From assembly GCA_963725865.1 (NCBI GenBank), contig CAVSAC010000006.1, positions 1 to 40,029 on the forward strand: a DNA stretch of 40,029 nt, read 5' to 3'. Under the pieces are notes generated by a model, which saw nothing but the letters and a program-made list of their open reading frames with translations, was not told the DNA's origin and did no database searches. Position 1 is the first letter of the stretch; every line of letters begins with the position of its first letter. Source of the stretch: Candidatus Eiseniibacteriota bacterium. Lineage in GTDB: Bacteria; Eisenbacteria; RBG-16-71-46. This document shows positions 39,449 to 40,029 of this stretch, piece by piece. The position numbers and the translations under genes were made by a program.

Positions 39449-40029
39449 GTTCGAGCACCTCCCGGGCGAGTTCGCGATAGCTCTCGGCGCCGCTGCTGTG
39501 GGGATCGTAAAGCACGATGGGCTTGCCGAAGGAAGGCGCTTCGCTGAGTCGCACATTCCTTGGAATGACAGTCTTGTAGACGCGTTCGGCGAAGAACTTC
39601 CGGGCCTCTTCCGCGACCTGTTGCGAGAGGTTGAGGCGCGCGTCGAACATGGTGAGCAGCACGCCTTCGATCCGCAGCGCGGGGTTCAGGTGGTCCTGGA
39701 CCAGGCGGATCGCGCCGATCAGCTGGGTGAGCCCCTCCAGCGCGAGGTACTCGCACTGCAGCGGAATCAGGACGGAGTCCGAGGCAGTCAGCGAGTTGAT
39801 CGTCAGCAGGCCCAGCGACGGCGGGCTGTCGATGAAGACGTAGTCGTACTCGTCCCTGACCCGCGCGAGGCAGGTCTTGAGCCGGGTCTCCCTGGCCATC
39901 ATCCCGACCAGTTCGACCTCGGCGCCCGACAGCCGCTGGCCGGCCGGCATCAGGTCGAGCGTCGAGAGCGCGGTCGGCATGACCGCCTCGTGGACCTCGG
40001 CCTGGCCGATCAGCGCTTCATAGGTCGAG
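39441..40029 (-). CDS. parA: ParA/Soj ATPase; 5' end outside the window
   Basis: YDYVFIDSPPSLGLLTINSL, PLQCEYLALEGL, LLTMFDAR, IPRNVRLSEAPSFGKP. Confidence 0.96.
   Translation of the reverse strand, partial: STYEALIGQAEVHEAVMPTALSTLDLMPAGQRLSGAEVELVGMMARETRLKTCLARVRDEYDYVFIDSPPSLGLLTINSLTASDSVLIPLQCEYLALEGLTQLIGAIRLVQDHLNPALRIEGVLLTMFDARLNLSQQVAEEARKFFAERVYKTVIPRNVRLSEAPSFGKPIVLYDPHSSGAESYRELAREVLEHE

Noticed and set aside
1..40029. CRISPR arrays, tRNA/rRNA genes, integrases, prophage genes
   Set aside because: None recognised by eye; the only repeats found are protein-coding HAF and bactofilin repeats

Overview
Very GC-rich (roughly 70-75% by eye) bacterial chromosomal segment. It is probably origin-proximal, since parA-parB-bactofilin and an intragenic parS site lie at the right end. 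The FlgD/T9SS-like C-terminal sorting domain and futalosine menaquinone genes suggest an FCB-related lineage such as Ca. Eisenbacteria (inference). Several stretches (about 5.5-15.3 kb, 23.5-26.7 kb and 31.7-34.8 kb) carry many 1-nt frameshifts in conserved genes, which look like uncorrected long-read errors. Housekeeping content: mqnA, mqnE, mqnP/ubiA-ubiX-ubiD, recQ, a btpA-pfkB-psuG operon, a TonB receptor, lexA, ribA, an EamA transporter and parAB. An apparently clean accessory block of small genes lies at 15.5-23.4 kb. Most notable: (1) a MerB-like lyase split by an in-frame UGA at the second catalytic Cys position and followed by a SECIS-like hairpin, i.e. a probable selenoprotein; (2) a candidate LexA operator TGCAC-N4-GTGCA at lexA, at an SPL-like radical SAM gene and at a Y1-transposase-like gene that lacks its catalytic Tyr; (3) a Cys-rich leader ORF ending in a RAPP arrest motif upstream of a 52-aa secreted 7-Cys peptide.
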